A stretch of DNA of 64,000 nt, from the NCBI GenBank assembly GCA_016875165.1, contig VGSF01000018.1, forward strand, positions 399-64,398, read 5' to 3'. The notes beneath the pieces were generated by a model. It had not been told where the DNA came from and did not search any database. It worked only from the letters and a program-made list of their open reading frames with translations. The position numbers and the translations under genes are program-made. How positions within the stretch are numbered: the stretch's first letter is position 1; the number at the start of each line of letters is the position of its first letter. This stretch comes from Deltaproteobacteria bacterium (GTDB taxonomy: Bacteria > Desulfobacterota > SM23-61). Below, piece after piece: positions 48,630 to 58,536 of the stretch.

Positions 48630-49898
48630 ATGCGCATGGCCATCAATCTCAGCCCTCAGGTTTTTTTGTTTTTAAGCCAGATCCTGGGAAAAAAAATTGT
48701 TGACTCCACTGGCCGGCCCTGGGGGAGGGTCTGCGACCTGGTGGTCACCAGCGCCGAAATATATCCTCCGGTGACTGGGGTCCTTTTCAAGCCCATCGGG
48801 AAAAAAGCCATCCTCCGTTTCTCCTGGGAAAAGATCATCGATTTGGGCAGGGAATTAATCGTCGAACCCGCAAACATAGGGAACCAAATCGAAGTGCCCG
48901 TGAAGGAAGGGGAGTTGCTGCTCAAAGAATCCCTGTTGGACAAACAGATTGTGGACACCCATGGGGCCAAAGTCTTGCGGGTAAATGATCTCCATCTTTT
49001 AAAGGTTAACCACAGCCTGCGCCTGGTCCATGTGGACGTCGGCCTGCGCGGGTTGATGAGAAGAGTAGGCTGGGAAAAGGCCATGGACAGGTTTTTCCAG
49101 TGGTTCTTCGACTACCATTTAACCGACTCTTTAATTCCCTGGAGATTTGTCCAGCCTCTTTCTTCCCCCGACCTGCTGCGGCTGAGGATTGCCCAAAACC
49201 GCCTGGCCCAGCTCCACCCGGCAGACCTGGCGGACATTATCGAGGAACTGGACATTCACAAGCGGTCCGAGGTCTTCCAGTCCCTGGACATCGAGACCGC
49301 CGCGGAGGCTCTCGAAGAAACAGACCCGAAGATTCAGGTCCGCCTGATTGAAAACCTGAATCCGGCCCACGCTTCTGATATTATCGAGGAGATGTCCCCC
49401 AGCGAGGCCGCTGATCTTCTGGGAGATCTTCCCAAAGAAAAAGCCGAGGGCATCCTCAAAGAGATGGAAAAAGAAATTGCCGAGGACGTCAAAGAGCTTC
49501 TGGTCCACCCCGAAGAAAAAGCCGGAGGGTTGATGACCACTTCTTTTCCGGCCCTCCCGCCGCAAGCGAATGTCCAGGAAGCCCTGGATCATCTTCGCCA
49601 GCAGGCGGAAAACCTGGATTTGATCTACTATCTTTATGTTACCGACGCGGAAGAACACCTCCTCGGGGTGGTCAGCCTGCGGGATCTCTTCACGGCCCAT
49701 CCACAGGCCAGCCTTGCGGATCTGATGGATGCGCGCGTCGTCACCGTAACGGTCGAGGAGGGGAAAGAAGAGATCGCCAGTCTTTTTGCCAAGTATGGTT
49801 TTCAGGCTATTCCGGTGACGGACGAGCATAACCGGATTAAAGGGGTAATCACTTTTAAAAATCTTCTCGAAGTGGTCGCGCCCCAATTAGGGAAATGA
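48630..49898 (+). CDS. Soluble MgtE-type sensor protein (PRC-barrel-like N-terminus, MgtE_N, CBS pair; no membrane domain)
   Basis: ..LHPADLADIIEELD.. and ..AHASDIIEEMSPSEAADLLGDL.. (MgtE_N-like), followed by a CBS pair. No hydrophobic C-terminal domain is present. Confidence 0.7.
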   Translation: MRMAINLSPQVFLFLSQILGKKIVDSTGRPWGRVCDLVVTSAEIYPPVTGVLFKPIGKKAILRFSWEKIIDLGRELIVEPANIGNQIEVPVKEGELLLKESLLDKQIVDTHGAKVLRVNDLHLLKVNHSLRLVHVDVGLRGLMRRVGWEKAMDRFFQWFFDYHLTDSLIPWRFVQPLSSPDLLRLRIAQNRLAQLHPADLADIIEELDIHKRSEVFQSLDIETAAEALEETDPKIQVRLIENLNPAHASDIIEEMSPSEAADLLGDLPKEKAEGILKEMEKEIAEDVKELLVHPEEKAGGLMTTSFPALPPQANVQEALDHLRQQAENLDLIYYLYVTDAEEHLLGVVSLRDLFTAHPQASLADLMDARVVTVTVEEGKEEIASLFAKYGFQAIPVTDEHNRIKGVITFKNLLEVVAPQLGK

Positions 49899-49926
49899 TT
49901 AAGATGGAAGAAGGGGATATACAACC

Positions 49927-51207
49927 TTGCCCGCAACCCGCCCGCAGACAACCGTGCCGGCTGCCGCCGAAAAAATTTCCCGCAAAGGGTTCTTAAGAAA
50001 CCTGGGTATTTTCTTTGCCCTCATCGGCCCGGGCATCATCACTTCCAACGTGGACAATGATGCCGGCGGGATCACCACTTATTCCCTGGCCGGTTCCGAA
50101 TTCGGCCTGACCCTCCTCTGGGTTCTGATTCCCACCACTTTAGCGTTGATCGTCATCCAGGAGATGTGCGCCCGCATGGGGGTTGTTTCGGGAAAGGGGC
50201 TCTCCGAGCTTATCCGCGAACGTTTTGGGGCCAAGGTTACCTTCTATTTGATGGTCGCCCTTTTTTTAACCAATTTCGGCAACGCCATATCCAATTTTGC
50301 GGGGGTGGCGGCCAGCATGGAAATATTCGGAGTCAGCAAGTATATCTCTGTTCCCCTGAGCGCCTTTTTCGTCTGGTGGCTGGTAGTCAAGGGCAGTTAC
50401 AAATCCGTGGAAAAAGTTTTTCTGGTCGCCTGCTTTTTCTATATCTCCTACATCATCTCCGGATTCCTGGCTAAACCTGACTGGGCCCTGATCGGCGAGC
50501 AGTTGATCACCCCCACCATCCGCTTCGAAGCTGATTTTCTGACCATGGCCGTGGGCCTGGTGGGCACGACCATTGCCCCCTGGATGCAATTTTACCTGCA
50601 ATCTTCCGTGGTGGACAAAGGGTTGAAGGCCGAGGATTACCAGTACGCTCGCATGGACGTGATCTTTGGCTCGGTGATCGTGCATGTTGTGGCGTTCTTC
50701 ATCATCATGCTTTGCGCCGTAACCATTTTTCAGGCCGGGATAAAAATCGAGACAGCCAAAGACGCTGCCCTGGCCCTGGCCCCCTTAGCCGGAAAATACT
50801 GCACCTGGTTGTTTGCTTTTGGCCTGCTGAACGCTTCCCTGTTCGCTGCCTCCATTCTGCCGCTCTCAACGGCCTATACCATCTGCGAAGCTTTCGGCTG
50901 GGAATCCAGTCTGAATCGCAAGTTCGCCGAGGCCCCGCAATTCTACGGCCTTTACTCCCTCATGATTTTCCTGGGAGCCTCAGTCATTCTCTTCCCAAAT
51001 ATTCCTTTGATACCCATCATGTTCTACTCGCAGGTGATCAACGGCCTGCTCCTTCCTTTCGTTCTCATTTTCATACTCATCCTGATAAACGACCGGAAGA
51101 TCATGGGGACTTATGTCAACGGCTGGGTCCTAAACCTCATCTCCTATCTGACCATCATCGCCCTTATCTTCTTGTCCGGCATGATGTTTTATACCTCCCT
51201 AAGATAA
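49927..51207 (+). CDS. NRAMP-related divalent cation transporter (NRMT-like site residues)
   Basis: Polytopic protein. The TM1 motif reads DNDAGG where canonical NRAMP has DPGN, and TM6 reads IAPWMQFYLQS where canonical has MPHNLFLHS. Confidence 0.75.
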   Translation: MPATRPQTTVPAAAEKISRKGFLRNLGIFFALIGPGIITSNVDNDAGGITTYSLAGSEFGLTLLWVLIPTTLALIVIQEMCARMGVVSGKGLSELIRERFGAKVTFYLMVALFLTNFGNAISNFAGVAASMEIFGVSKYISVPLSAFFVWWLVVKGSYKSVEKVFLVACFFYISYIISGFLAKPDWALIGEQLITPTIRFEADFLTMAVGLVGTTIAPWMQFYLQSSVVDKGLKAEDYQYARMDVIFGSVIVHVVAFFIIMLCAVTIFQAGIKIETAKDAALALAPLAGKYCTWLFAFGLLNASLFAASILPLSTAYTICEAFGWESSLNRKFAEAPQFYGLYSLMIFLGASVILFPNIPLIPIMFYSQVINGLLLPFVLIFILILINDRKIMGTYVNGWVLNLISYLTIIALIFLSGMMFYTSLR

Positions 51208-51216
51208 CCCGGATTT

Positions 51217-51500
51217 TGTATCAATTTAGCGGTTTGAAAAAGTGGTTTTACCACCTTTGTTGAGGGCCGGGGATCTGGGTGGAACGCGCCGGAAGCATCG
51301 GCCGGGTTTCCGCTTGGCTACGATGAACCCTCCTCGTTTCCGCCGGAGGATGCGGGGGGCGTTTTCCCCGCCCCACCCGCGAAGAAATCAGCGCCTTATG
51401 ATTCCAATCCCGCCATGGCGGGACCAGCCCCCCGGACCATGGATTCCCTCTGACCTTACGCCCCACCTCTTTTCAAAGGGCAAAGGGCTAAATTGTTACC
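51217..51500 (+). mobile_element. MITE family A, copy A4
   Basis: Family A TIRs and core. Flanks GGATTT / TGATTT match at 5 of 6 positions. Confidence 0.65.
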
Positions 51501-51552
51501 TGATTTTTAACCTTGAAAGTTTCCCTGTCAAAGGGTATACTTCATCCTGAGT

Positions 51553-51820
51553 TGTATCAGTTTAGAGTTTTGAAAAAATGGCGGCAATGCCTCTGTTTGG
51601 GCCCGGGGGCCAGGCCGGAACGCGCCGGAAGCATCGGTTGGGTTTCCCCTTGTCCTCGAGGATAAAAGCCCGTTTCCTCCGGATGAGGCGGGGAGTATCT
51701 TCCCCGCCCCATCCACGGAGAAATCAGCGCCTTATGATTCCAAGCGGGCCGGTCTGGCCCCCGGGCCCTGGAATCCCTTAGCCCTGGTGATACACCTTTT
51801 CAAAGAGCTAAAGTGTTACC
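51553..51820 (+). mobile_element. MITE family A, copy A5 (tandem to A4)
   Basis: Family A TIRs and core. Flanks CTGAGT / CTAAGT match at 5 of 6 positions. Confidence 0.65.
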
Positions 51821-51866
51821 CTAAGTTTTGTTTGGATAGCTATACGCTGTAATAATCATCGGAGAA

Positions 51867-53246
51867 GTGGTGGAAGCCGATAAGATTCCTGAAGGCAAAT
51901 TTAAAAGGAAGCGCCAGCGTTATTTTCTTTATCTCTTTGCTTCGCTAATGGGCATCATCCTCGTTATTGCCTTTTTCCGCCCCTCTCCCCCCGATAAGCT
52001 TAAGCCCGCTAAAACTCAGGAGCCCCTTGCCCTCCCCCCTGCTCTCCCCCCGGATAAAATCCATTCCGGCCAAGTGGGTAAAGGCGACACGCTTTCCTCA
52101 ATCCTTCGCTCCCGGAACTTGCCCCCGGCCATGGTCGAAGCCATTTGCCAGAAATTAAATTCCCTGATCAACCTGCGGAAAATGAAGCCAGGTGATTCCT
52201 TCGAGGTGCGCTTAACTCCTGATGGCCAGTTTCTAAGCTTTTTCTATCAAACCAGCCCCATAGACATCTACCAGATAACGGCGCAACCTTCAGGGGAGTG
52301 GCAATCCCGGAAAAAGGAAGTTCCCGTAGAAAAGTACTGGGCCCGGATATCAGGAGAAATATCTACAAGTCTTTTTGAAGCGATGGATGCGCTGAGCGAG
52401 CATGATCAACTGGTCCTCGACTTTGCCGGAATCTTCGCCTCCGAGATCGATTTCCACTCCGACCCTAAACCCGCAGACCGCTTTCAGATCGTGGTGGAGA
52501 AATATTATACGGGCAACACTTTCGTTAAATACGGACGGACGCTTTACGCCGCCTACCAGAGCGGGTCCAAGGCCCACCAGGCGATTTTTTTCCCGGGTTC
52601 CGGAAAAGAGGGCGGTTATTACAATTTTGGGGGGGAATCCTTGCGGAAATTATTTTTGCGCTCGCCCCTCCAGTTCAACCGGATTACTTCCGGTTATTCC
52701 AAATCCCGCCGGCATCCCATCCTGGGAGGATATCGCCCTCATTATGGCATCGATTATGCCGCTCCCAAAGGCAGCCCGGTGTGGGCCGTAGCGGACGGGA
52801 AAGTTTCTTTTTGCGGGTGGAATGGGGGATATGGAAATCAGGTCATCATCAATCATAGGGATGGCTATAAATCGATGTACGGACACCTCAGCCGGTTTGC
52901 TCCGGGGATTAAAAATGGAACGGCCGTCCGCCAGAAACAGCTTATTGGATATGTCGGGTCCACCGGCCTTTCCACGGGCCCGCACCTGGACTTCCGCCTC
53001 ATGAAGAATAATGTCTTTCGCAACCCCTTGCGGGAAATTTCTCCCCGGGCTTCCTCCCTTAGAAAAGACCAGATAGCTGATTTTGAAAGGACAAAAGAGC
53101 TGCTGCTCGCCTGGATGAATGAATTCTCTCCTGAAAAATACCGAAAAGTGGCTGATCTGACTTCGCGGGACCTGGAACCCCTCAAGGATGACAAAACAAA
53201 GCCCAGGAGGCCAAAACCACGACCTGGCCGTGATCGGAGAGGCTGA
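51867..53246 (+). CDS. M23-family peptidoglycan metalloendopeptidase with OapA/LysM-like segment
   Basis: [14 protein letters not shown] .. [15 protein letters not shown], and upstream [13 protein letters not shown]. Confidence 0.8.
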   Translation: MVEADKIPEGKFKRKRQRYFLYLFASLMGIILVIAFFRPSPPDKLKPAKTQEPLALPPALPPDKIHSGQVGKGDTLSSILRSRNLPPAMVEAICQKLNSLINLRKMKPGDSFEVRLTPDGQFLSFFYQTSPIDIYQITAQPSGEWQSRKKEVPVEKYWARISGEISTSLFEAMDALSEHDQLVLDFAGIFASEIDFHSDPKPADRFQIVVEKYYTGNTFVKYGRTLYAAYQSGSKAHQAIFFPGSGKEGGYYNFGGESLRKLFLRSPLQFNRITSGYSKSRRHPILGGYRPHYGIDYAAPKGSPVWAVADGKVSFCGWNGGYGNQVIINHRDGYKSMYGHLSRFAPGIKNGTAVRQKQLIGYVGSTGLSTGPHLDFRLMKNNVFRNPLREISPRASSLRKDQIADFERTKELLLAWMNEFSPEKYRKVADLTSRDLEPLKDDKTKPRRPKPRPGRDRRG

Positions 53247-53268
53247 GGGTGTTGCAAAAGGAAGAAAA

Positions 53269-53718
53269 ATGAGAACAGTGATCCAGAGAGTCAGCCGGGC
53301 GCAGGTCCGGGTCGAAGGAAAGGTCGTTGGTGAAATCGGCAAAGGTCTCCTTATCCTCCTGGGTGTGGGCAGGGAAGATTCTTTGGCAGCGATCGATCCC
53401 CTTCTTGATAAAATCATCAACCTGCGCATCTTCGAAGATGGGGAAGGAAAGATGAACCTATCCCTCCTGGATACCGGCGGCGAATTGATGGTCATATCCC
53501 AGTTTACCCTCTACGCTGACTGCCGCAAGGGGCGGCGGCCTTCCTTTACTGAAGCCGGCCCCCCGGAGGCGGCTAAGGCCCTCTACGATGCCTTCATAGA
53601 CCAAGTTAGGAAGAGAGGAATTCCGGTGGCCGCCGGAGTTTTCCAGGCCCTGATGGATGTTGAGCTGGTAAACTCCGGACCCGTAACAATCTTGCTGGAC
53701 AACCCAAATATTTTCTGA
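53269..53718 (+). CDS. dtd: D-aminoacyl-tRNA deacylase
   Basis: [15 protein letters not shown].., SQFTLYAD and GRRPSF motifs. Confidence 0.85.
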   Translation: MRTVIQRVSRAQVRVEGKVVGEIGKGLLILLGVGREDSLAAIDPLLDKIINLRIFEDGEGKMNLSLLDTGGELMVISQFTLYADCRKGRRPSFTEAGPPEAAKALYDAFIDQVRKRGIPVAAGVFQALMDVELVNSGPVTILLDNPNIF

Positions 53719-53780
53719 TAAAAAGACTTATGTGATAAAAATGTTAGGGTCCAAAACCCGCCTTTTTCACGCATATAACT

Positions 53781-53937
53781 TTGATGATCTCGTAAAAAGT
53801 CAAAATTTGGATGGCCAAGTAAAAAGCTCCATATGCAAGGCGCGCAAAACCTGAGGAGTGAGGCGTACTTACAAGGTACGCGGCAACGACGGGGGTGAAG
53901 CGTAACGCCGCAGATGGACTTTTTACGAAGCCATCAA
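53781..53937. mobile_element. MITE family B copy
   Basis: TTGATGATCTCGTAAAAAGTC ... GACTTTTTACGAAGCCATCAA flanked by CT/CT. Confidence 0.65.
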
Positions 53938-53976
53938 CTTTCCCGAAATTTAAAGGACCGAAGGAGGAGAATCCGA

Positions 53977-55119
53977 ATGATCAATTTTAATCTGAGCGAA
54001 GAACAAAGAGCTTTACAAAATCTGGCCAGGAAATTTTCTATGAAGGAAATTTCTCCCGTGGCTTTACAGTATGACAAAGAACCGGCATTCCCCGAAGAGA
54101 TCATTAAGAAAGCCCACGCGGCCGGCCTGATGAACCTCACCTGCCCCAGGGAATACGGCGGGCAGGGCATGGGCCTGGTCAACGCCTCCCTGATCACCGA
54201 GGAAATGAATGCGGCCTGTGTGGCCATTTCCGGAATGATCGGGATCAATTCTTTGGCCTGCGGCCCCATTTTGATAGCCGGATCTGACGAGCAAAAGCGG
54301 AGTTTCCTTATACCCTTAAACCAGGCTGGCCAGACCGCCTCTTTCGGCCTGACTGAACGGGAAGCAGGGTCTGACGCCGCAGGCCTGAAGACCCTGGCCA
54401 AATTGGAAGGCGACCATTACGTGCTCAACGGACAGAAATGCTTTATCACCAATGCCAGTTATGCCGCCCTTTACACCATTTTCGCCACAATCGACCCAGC
54501 GAAAGGGACAAAGGGGATCTGCGGATTCATTGTTCCCCGCGAATCCCCCGGCCTCTCCATCGGCAAAGTGGAAGACAAGATGGGCCATCGCGCTCTCAAC
54601 GTGGCCGAGGTCAACCTGGAAAATGTCATCGTCCCCCGGGAAAACCTTTTGGGAAAAGAAGCAGAAGGTTTCAAAATTGCCATGGAAACCTTAGACGAAG
54701 GCCGGGTGAATATCGCCACTTGCGGAGTGGGCCTGGCCCGGGCAGCTTTCGAAGCGGCTTTGGACTACGCTAAAAAGCGGGTGCAATTCGGCAAGCCCAT
54801 TGGAACTTTTCAGGCCCTCAATTTTATGCTGGCCGATATGGCCGCGGCCGTTGATTCCGCCCGTTTACTCACCTGGTATGCCGGATCACTGGCCGATGCC
54901 GGAAAACGCTTCACCCGGGAAGCGGCCCAGGCTAAATTTTACGCCACGGACGTGGCCATGCGCGTGACTACCGATGCTGTCCAGATCTACGGCGGATACG
55001 GATATACCAAAGATTATGCCGTGGAAAAATACATGCGCGACGCCAAGCTCCAGCAGATCTTCGAAGGAACCAATCAGGTTAACCGGATCGTGGCCGGCGG
55101 CGCGCTCATGCGCGGGTAG
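53977..55119 (+). CDS. Acyl-CoA dehydrogenase
   Basis: MINFNLSEEQRALQ.. start, ..GLTEREAGSDAAG.. and ..YEGTNQV-like IFEGTNQVNRIV. The track start at 53914 lies inside the MITE. Confidence 0.85.
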   Translation: MINFNLSEEQRALQNLARKFSMKEISPVALQYDKEPAFPEEIIKKAHAAGLMNLTCPREYGGQGMGLVNASLITEEMNAACVAISGMIGINSLACGPILIAGSDEQKRSFLIPLNQAGQTASFGLTEREAGSDAAGLKTLAKLEGDHYVLNGQKCFITNASYAALYTIFATIDPAKGTKGICGFIVPRESPGLSIGKVEDKMGHRALNVAEVNLENVIVPRENLLGKEAEGFKIAMETLDEGRVNIATCGVGLARAAFEAALDYAKKRVQFGKPIGTFQALNFMLADMAAAVDSARLLTWYAGSLADAGKRFTREAAQAKFYATDVAMRVTTDAVQIYGGYGYTKDYAVEKYMRDAKLQQIFEGTNQVNRIVAGGALMRG

Positions 55120-55140
55120 GGTGAGAGGACAGAGAAAAAG

Positions 55141-56583
55141 ATGAAGACCGAAGAGCAATATATCGAAAGCCTGCGAAGACTGAATTTGGAAATCTATCTC
55201 CTGGGAGAAAGGGTAACAAATCCCGTTGACCATCCCATCATTCGCCCTTCCCTCAATTCTGTAGCCATGACCTTCCGCCTGGCCCAGGAAGAAAAATATA
55301 AGCATTTCATGACCACCGCCTCTCATTTGACCGGGAAGACCATCAATCGCTTCACGGCCATCCATGGGAGCGCTCAGGATCTGGTCAATAAGGTAAAGAT
55401 GCAGCGCCTTTTGGGACAGAAGACAGCCTCCTGCTTTCAGCGCTGCGTAGGCATGGACGCAATGAACGCGCTCTACAGCACCACCTTTGAAGCTGATAAA
55501 AAACACGGCACATCCTACCATTCCCGCTTTAAAGGTTTTCTGCAAAACGTCCAGGAGGAAGATTGGGTTGTGGACGGGGCCATGACCGACGTCAAGGGAG
55601 ACCGGAGCCTGCGCCCCGGCCAGCAGGCTGACCCTGATCTTTACCTGCGGGTGGTCGAAAAGAGAAATGACGGGATCGTAGTCCGCGGGGCCAAAGCTCA
55701 CCAAACCGGTATGGTTAATTCGCATGAAGTCATCGCCATGCCTACCATAGCCCTGCGGGATGATGAGAAGGATTATGCTGTCTCCTTCGCCGCGCCTACG
55801 GACGCCAAGGGCCTGTTTTTTATTTACGGCCGGCAGTCCTGCGACACCCGCAAGCTGGAAGGAAGCGCTATCGACGTAGGCAACCATCAGTACGGCGGGC
55901 ACGAAGTTCTGGCCATTTTCGACGAGGTCTTTGTCCCCTGGGAACGGGTCTTCCTCTGCGGGGAAACAGACTTCGTCGGCTCGCTGGTGGAGCGTTTCGC
56001 CGGCTATCACCGCCAGAGTTACGGGGGGTGCAAAGTCGGAGTCGGCGATGTCCTCATTGGCGCGGCCTCGCTGGCTGCGGATTTTAACGGCACAGCCAAA
56101 GCTTCGCACATTGTTGACAAACTCATCGAAATGATCCACCTCAATGAAACCCTTTATTCCTGCGGCCTGGCCTGTTCCTCTGAAGGCTATCCCACCCCGG
56201 CTGGAAACTATGAAATCGACATGCTCTTAGCCAACGTGTGCAAACAGAATGTCACCCGGTTTCCTTATGAGATTGCCCGGCTGGCTGAAGACATTGCCGG
56301 AGGCTTAATGGTTACCATGCCCTCGGAAAAAGACCTGCGCAATGAACGCACTGGTCCTTATATCCAGAAGTATCTGAAAGGAGTTGCTTCAATACCCACC
56401 GAGCACCGCATGCGCATTCTGCGTCTAATCGAAAACATCACCCTGGGCACAGCCGCCGTTGGCTATCGCACCGAATCCATGCATGGCGCCGGCCCGCCCC
56501 AGGCCCAGCGCATAATGATCCGCCGCCAGGCAGATCTCGAGGCTAAAAAAAATCTGGCCAGGAATATTGCCGGGATTGAATAA
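55141..56583 (+). CDS. 4-hydroxybutyryl-CoA dehydratase / 4-hydroxyphenylacetate hydroxylase-family protein (AbfD-like)
   Basis: 480 aa with an N-terminus (MKTEEQYIESLRRLNLEIYLLGERV) and overall layout typical of the family as I recall it. Confidence 0.7.
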   Translation: MKTEEQYIESLRRLNLEIYLLGERVTNPVDHPIIRPSLNSVAMTFRLAQEEKYKHFMTTASHLTGKTINRFTAIHGSAQDLVNKVKMQRLLGQKTASCFQRCVGMDAMNALYSTTFEADKKHGTSYHSRFKGFLQNVQEEDWVVDGAMTDVKGDRSLRPGQQADPDLYLRVVEKRNDGIVVRGAKAHQTGMVNSHEVIAMPTIALRDDEKDYAVSFAAPTDAKGLFFIYGRQSCDTRKLEGSAIDVGNHQYGGHEVLAIFDEVFVPWERVFLCGETDFVGSLVERFAGYHRQSYGGCKVGVGDVLIGAASLAADFNGTAKASHIVDKLIEMIHLNETLYSCGLACSSEGYPTPAGNYEIDMLLANVCKQNVTRFPYEIARLAEDIAGGLMVTMPSEKDLRNERTGPYIQKYLKGVASIPTEHRMRILRLIENITLGTAAVGYRTESMHGAGPPQAQRIMIRRQADLEAKKNLARNIAGIE

Positions 56584-56637
56584 ATTTTTCGACTTTTCCA
56601 TTTGACTCATGTTGTTGTTAAACACAGCTTATATCGT

Positions 56638-56838
56638 GGCTCGGGGGCCAGGGGGCTGAGCGCCGGCAGCATCGGCCGGGAGAAAACCTTGAAGGAAAGG
56701 ATTTGCATAGTTTCCGCACATTGAGGCGGGGAGCTCTTTCCCGCCTGATCCATGGAAAGCCAAGCGCCTCATGATGCCAAGCGAAGCGCCCTGGCCCCCG
56801 GGCCTGGGAAGAGCATGGAATGTTATAATGCTCTTTTT
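56638..56838 (+). ncRNA. TIR-less copy of the family A core with its own terminator-like hairpin
   Basis: A 16-bp closing stem (GGCTCGGGGGCCAGGG / CCCTGGCCCCCGGGCC) and a GCGGGGA..TCCCGCC hairpin. It ends in AGAGCAT-N11-ATGCTCT plus TTTTT. No family A TIRs are present. Confidence 0.35.
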
Positions 56839-56873
56839 AGGCAAGGTGGTACTGGGCATCGGAAAGGAATGCT

Positions 56874-58406
56874 ATGGAAATGACTTTGGGGTATTCTGTA
56901 GTCCGCAATGCCCGGAAATATCCCCATAAAACCGCCATTATATGCGGAGAGGAACGGCGAACCTACCGGGAGTTGAATGAGCGCGCCAACCGCCTGGCCA
57001 GATCCCTTGCCAGCCTTGGCCTGAGGAAGGGCGACCGCATCGCCACCCTTTCCTTTAACTCCCTTGAGCTCATGGAGGCCTACATCGCTCACCTGAAGAT
57101 GGGAGCCATTACCGTCCCCCTGAATGCCTGGGGCACGGACAAAGAGATTCAACACCAGGCCGATTTCACCGGCTGCAAGATGCTCATTTTCCACCGGGAC
57201 TTTCTGGAACGTGTGGAACGAATCCGCTCCTTTCTTCCGCAGGTCGAGGAATGGATTTTCATCGGAACCGGCCTGCCCTCCTTCGCCAGATCTTATGATA
57301 AATTGATCGACCAAAATTCTTCCACCGACTATCCCAGCGAGGTGCAAGAAGAAGATGAGGCTTTTATTCTTTTCACCGGCGGCACAACAGGCGTTCCCAA
57401 AGGGGCCGTTCTCACCCACAAGTCTCTGCTCTGGAACATCATTAACGTTACCACGGAAATTCAGAGTCCTACATTCGCAGATGTCATCTACTTTCCCATG
57501 CCCCTCTTCCATACCGCCGCTCTGAGCCGGTTTTTAGCCTACATGTATGCGGGAGGGACTTTTATCGTCAGCCGGGAATTCGACTCCCGGAAATGCTTAG
57601 AGATCATCCAGCGCGAACGCGTCACGGCTATGACCGGAAACCCTACAATATGGGGAGAGCTTCTCAAGGAAATGGACCGGGGAGAATATGACACCCGCTC
57701 CATGCGCATGTACCTCTCCTCCCAGGGAATTCTACATGAGGACATGCAGCAGGCCATTCAAACCCGGCTTTTTCCCAATGCGAAAACCTATGTCAGTTAT
57801 GCCCTGACCGAAGCGTCACCCGGGGTAACGGTTCTCAAACCCGGGGACCGGCCCAAAGAGCCAGGGAGTGTGGGCAAGCCATACATGTCCACGGAAGTGC
57901 GTATTGTGGATGAAAATGATCAGGACCTTCCCACCGGGGAAGTTGGCGAAATCATCGTCAAAGGCCCCACCGTAATGAAGGAATATTTCCGAAACCCGGA
58001 AGAGACAGCCCAGACCACGCGGGGAGGATGGTTACACACCGGGGATTTGGGAAAGTATGACGTCGATGGATTCCTCTATTTCGTGGATCGAAAAAAAGAC
58101 ATGATCAAAAGCGGCGGCCTGAATATTTACTCCAAAGAAGTTGAAGAAGTTCTGTCCCGGCATCCCAAGATCGCTGAAGCAGTGGTCATCGGTGTACCGG
58201 ATAAAAAATGGGGAGAGACCGTTAAGGCGGTTGTAGTCGTCAAAGAGGGAAACACCCTTTCTGAAGGAGAAGTAATCGATTTTTGCAAGCAACATTTGTC
58301 CAGCTATAAAAAACCCACCTCCGTGGCCTTCATGGATTCCCTCCCCAAGAGTAAGTTTGGCAGCAAGGTCCTCAAGCGCGAACTTCGTGAACGTTTTTTG
58401 AATTAA
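56874..58406 (+). CDS. AMP-dependent acyl-CoA synthetase/ligase
   Basis: ILFTGGTTGVPKGAVLTH AMP-binding motif, and ..GWLHTGDLG.. ..DRKKDMIKSGG.. Confidence 0.88.
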   Translation: MEMTLGYSVVRNARKYPHKTAIICGEERRTYRELNERANRLARSLASLGLRKGDRIATLSFNSLELMEAYIAHLKMGAITVPLNAWGTDKEIQHQADFTGCKMLIFHRDFLERVERIRSFLPQVEEWIFIGTGLPSFARSYDKLIDQNSSTDYPSEVQEEDEAFILFTGGTTGVPKGAVLTHKSLLWNIINVTTEIQSPTFADVIYFPMPLFHTAALSRFLAYMYAGGTFIVSREFDSRKCLEIIQRERVTAMTGNPTIWGELLKEMDRGEYDTRSMRMYLSSQGILHEDMQQAIQTRLFPNAKTYVSYALTEASPGVTVLKPGDRPKEPGSVGKPYMSTEVRIVDENDQDLPTGEVGEIIVKGPTVMKEYFRNPEETAQTTRGGWLHTGDLGKYDVDGFLYFVDRKKDMIKSGGLNIYSKEVEEVLSRHPKIAEAVVIGVPDKKWGETVKAVVVVKEGNTLSEGEVIDFCKQHLSSYKKPTSVAFMDSLPKSKFGSKVLKRELRERFLN

Positions 58407-58407
58407 T

Positions 58408-58508
58408 GGGGACACAGATTTTCGCAGATAACCGCAGATAATTATTTTCTTTTTGATTTATCCTGATAATCTGTGTTCATCCGTGTCCAAAAAGCAATTT
58501 CCTATACA
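58408..58508 (+). repeat. Family C repeat plus AAAAGCAATTTCCTATACA box
   Basis: Paralog of 47940-48038. The box ends 27 nt upstream of the ATG at 58537. Confidence 0.6.
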
Positions 58509-58536
58509 ATAAATTTGTTTTTAAGGAGCCGAAACG

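Noticed and set aside
54886-56139. 417-aa ORF antisense to the AbfD-like gene, and similar long antisense ORFs at 52650-53495, 49131-49886, 60165-60860 and 56823-57512
   Set aside because: The opposite strands encode proteins with clear family motifs. The antisense products are low complexity (G/A/R/P-rich) with no recognisable motifs, as expected in GC-rich coding regions.
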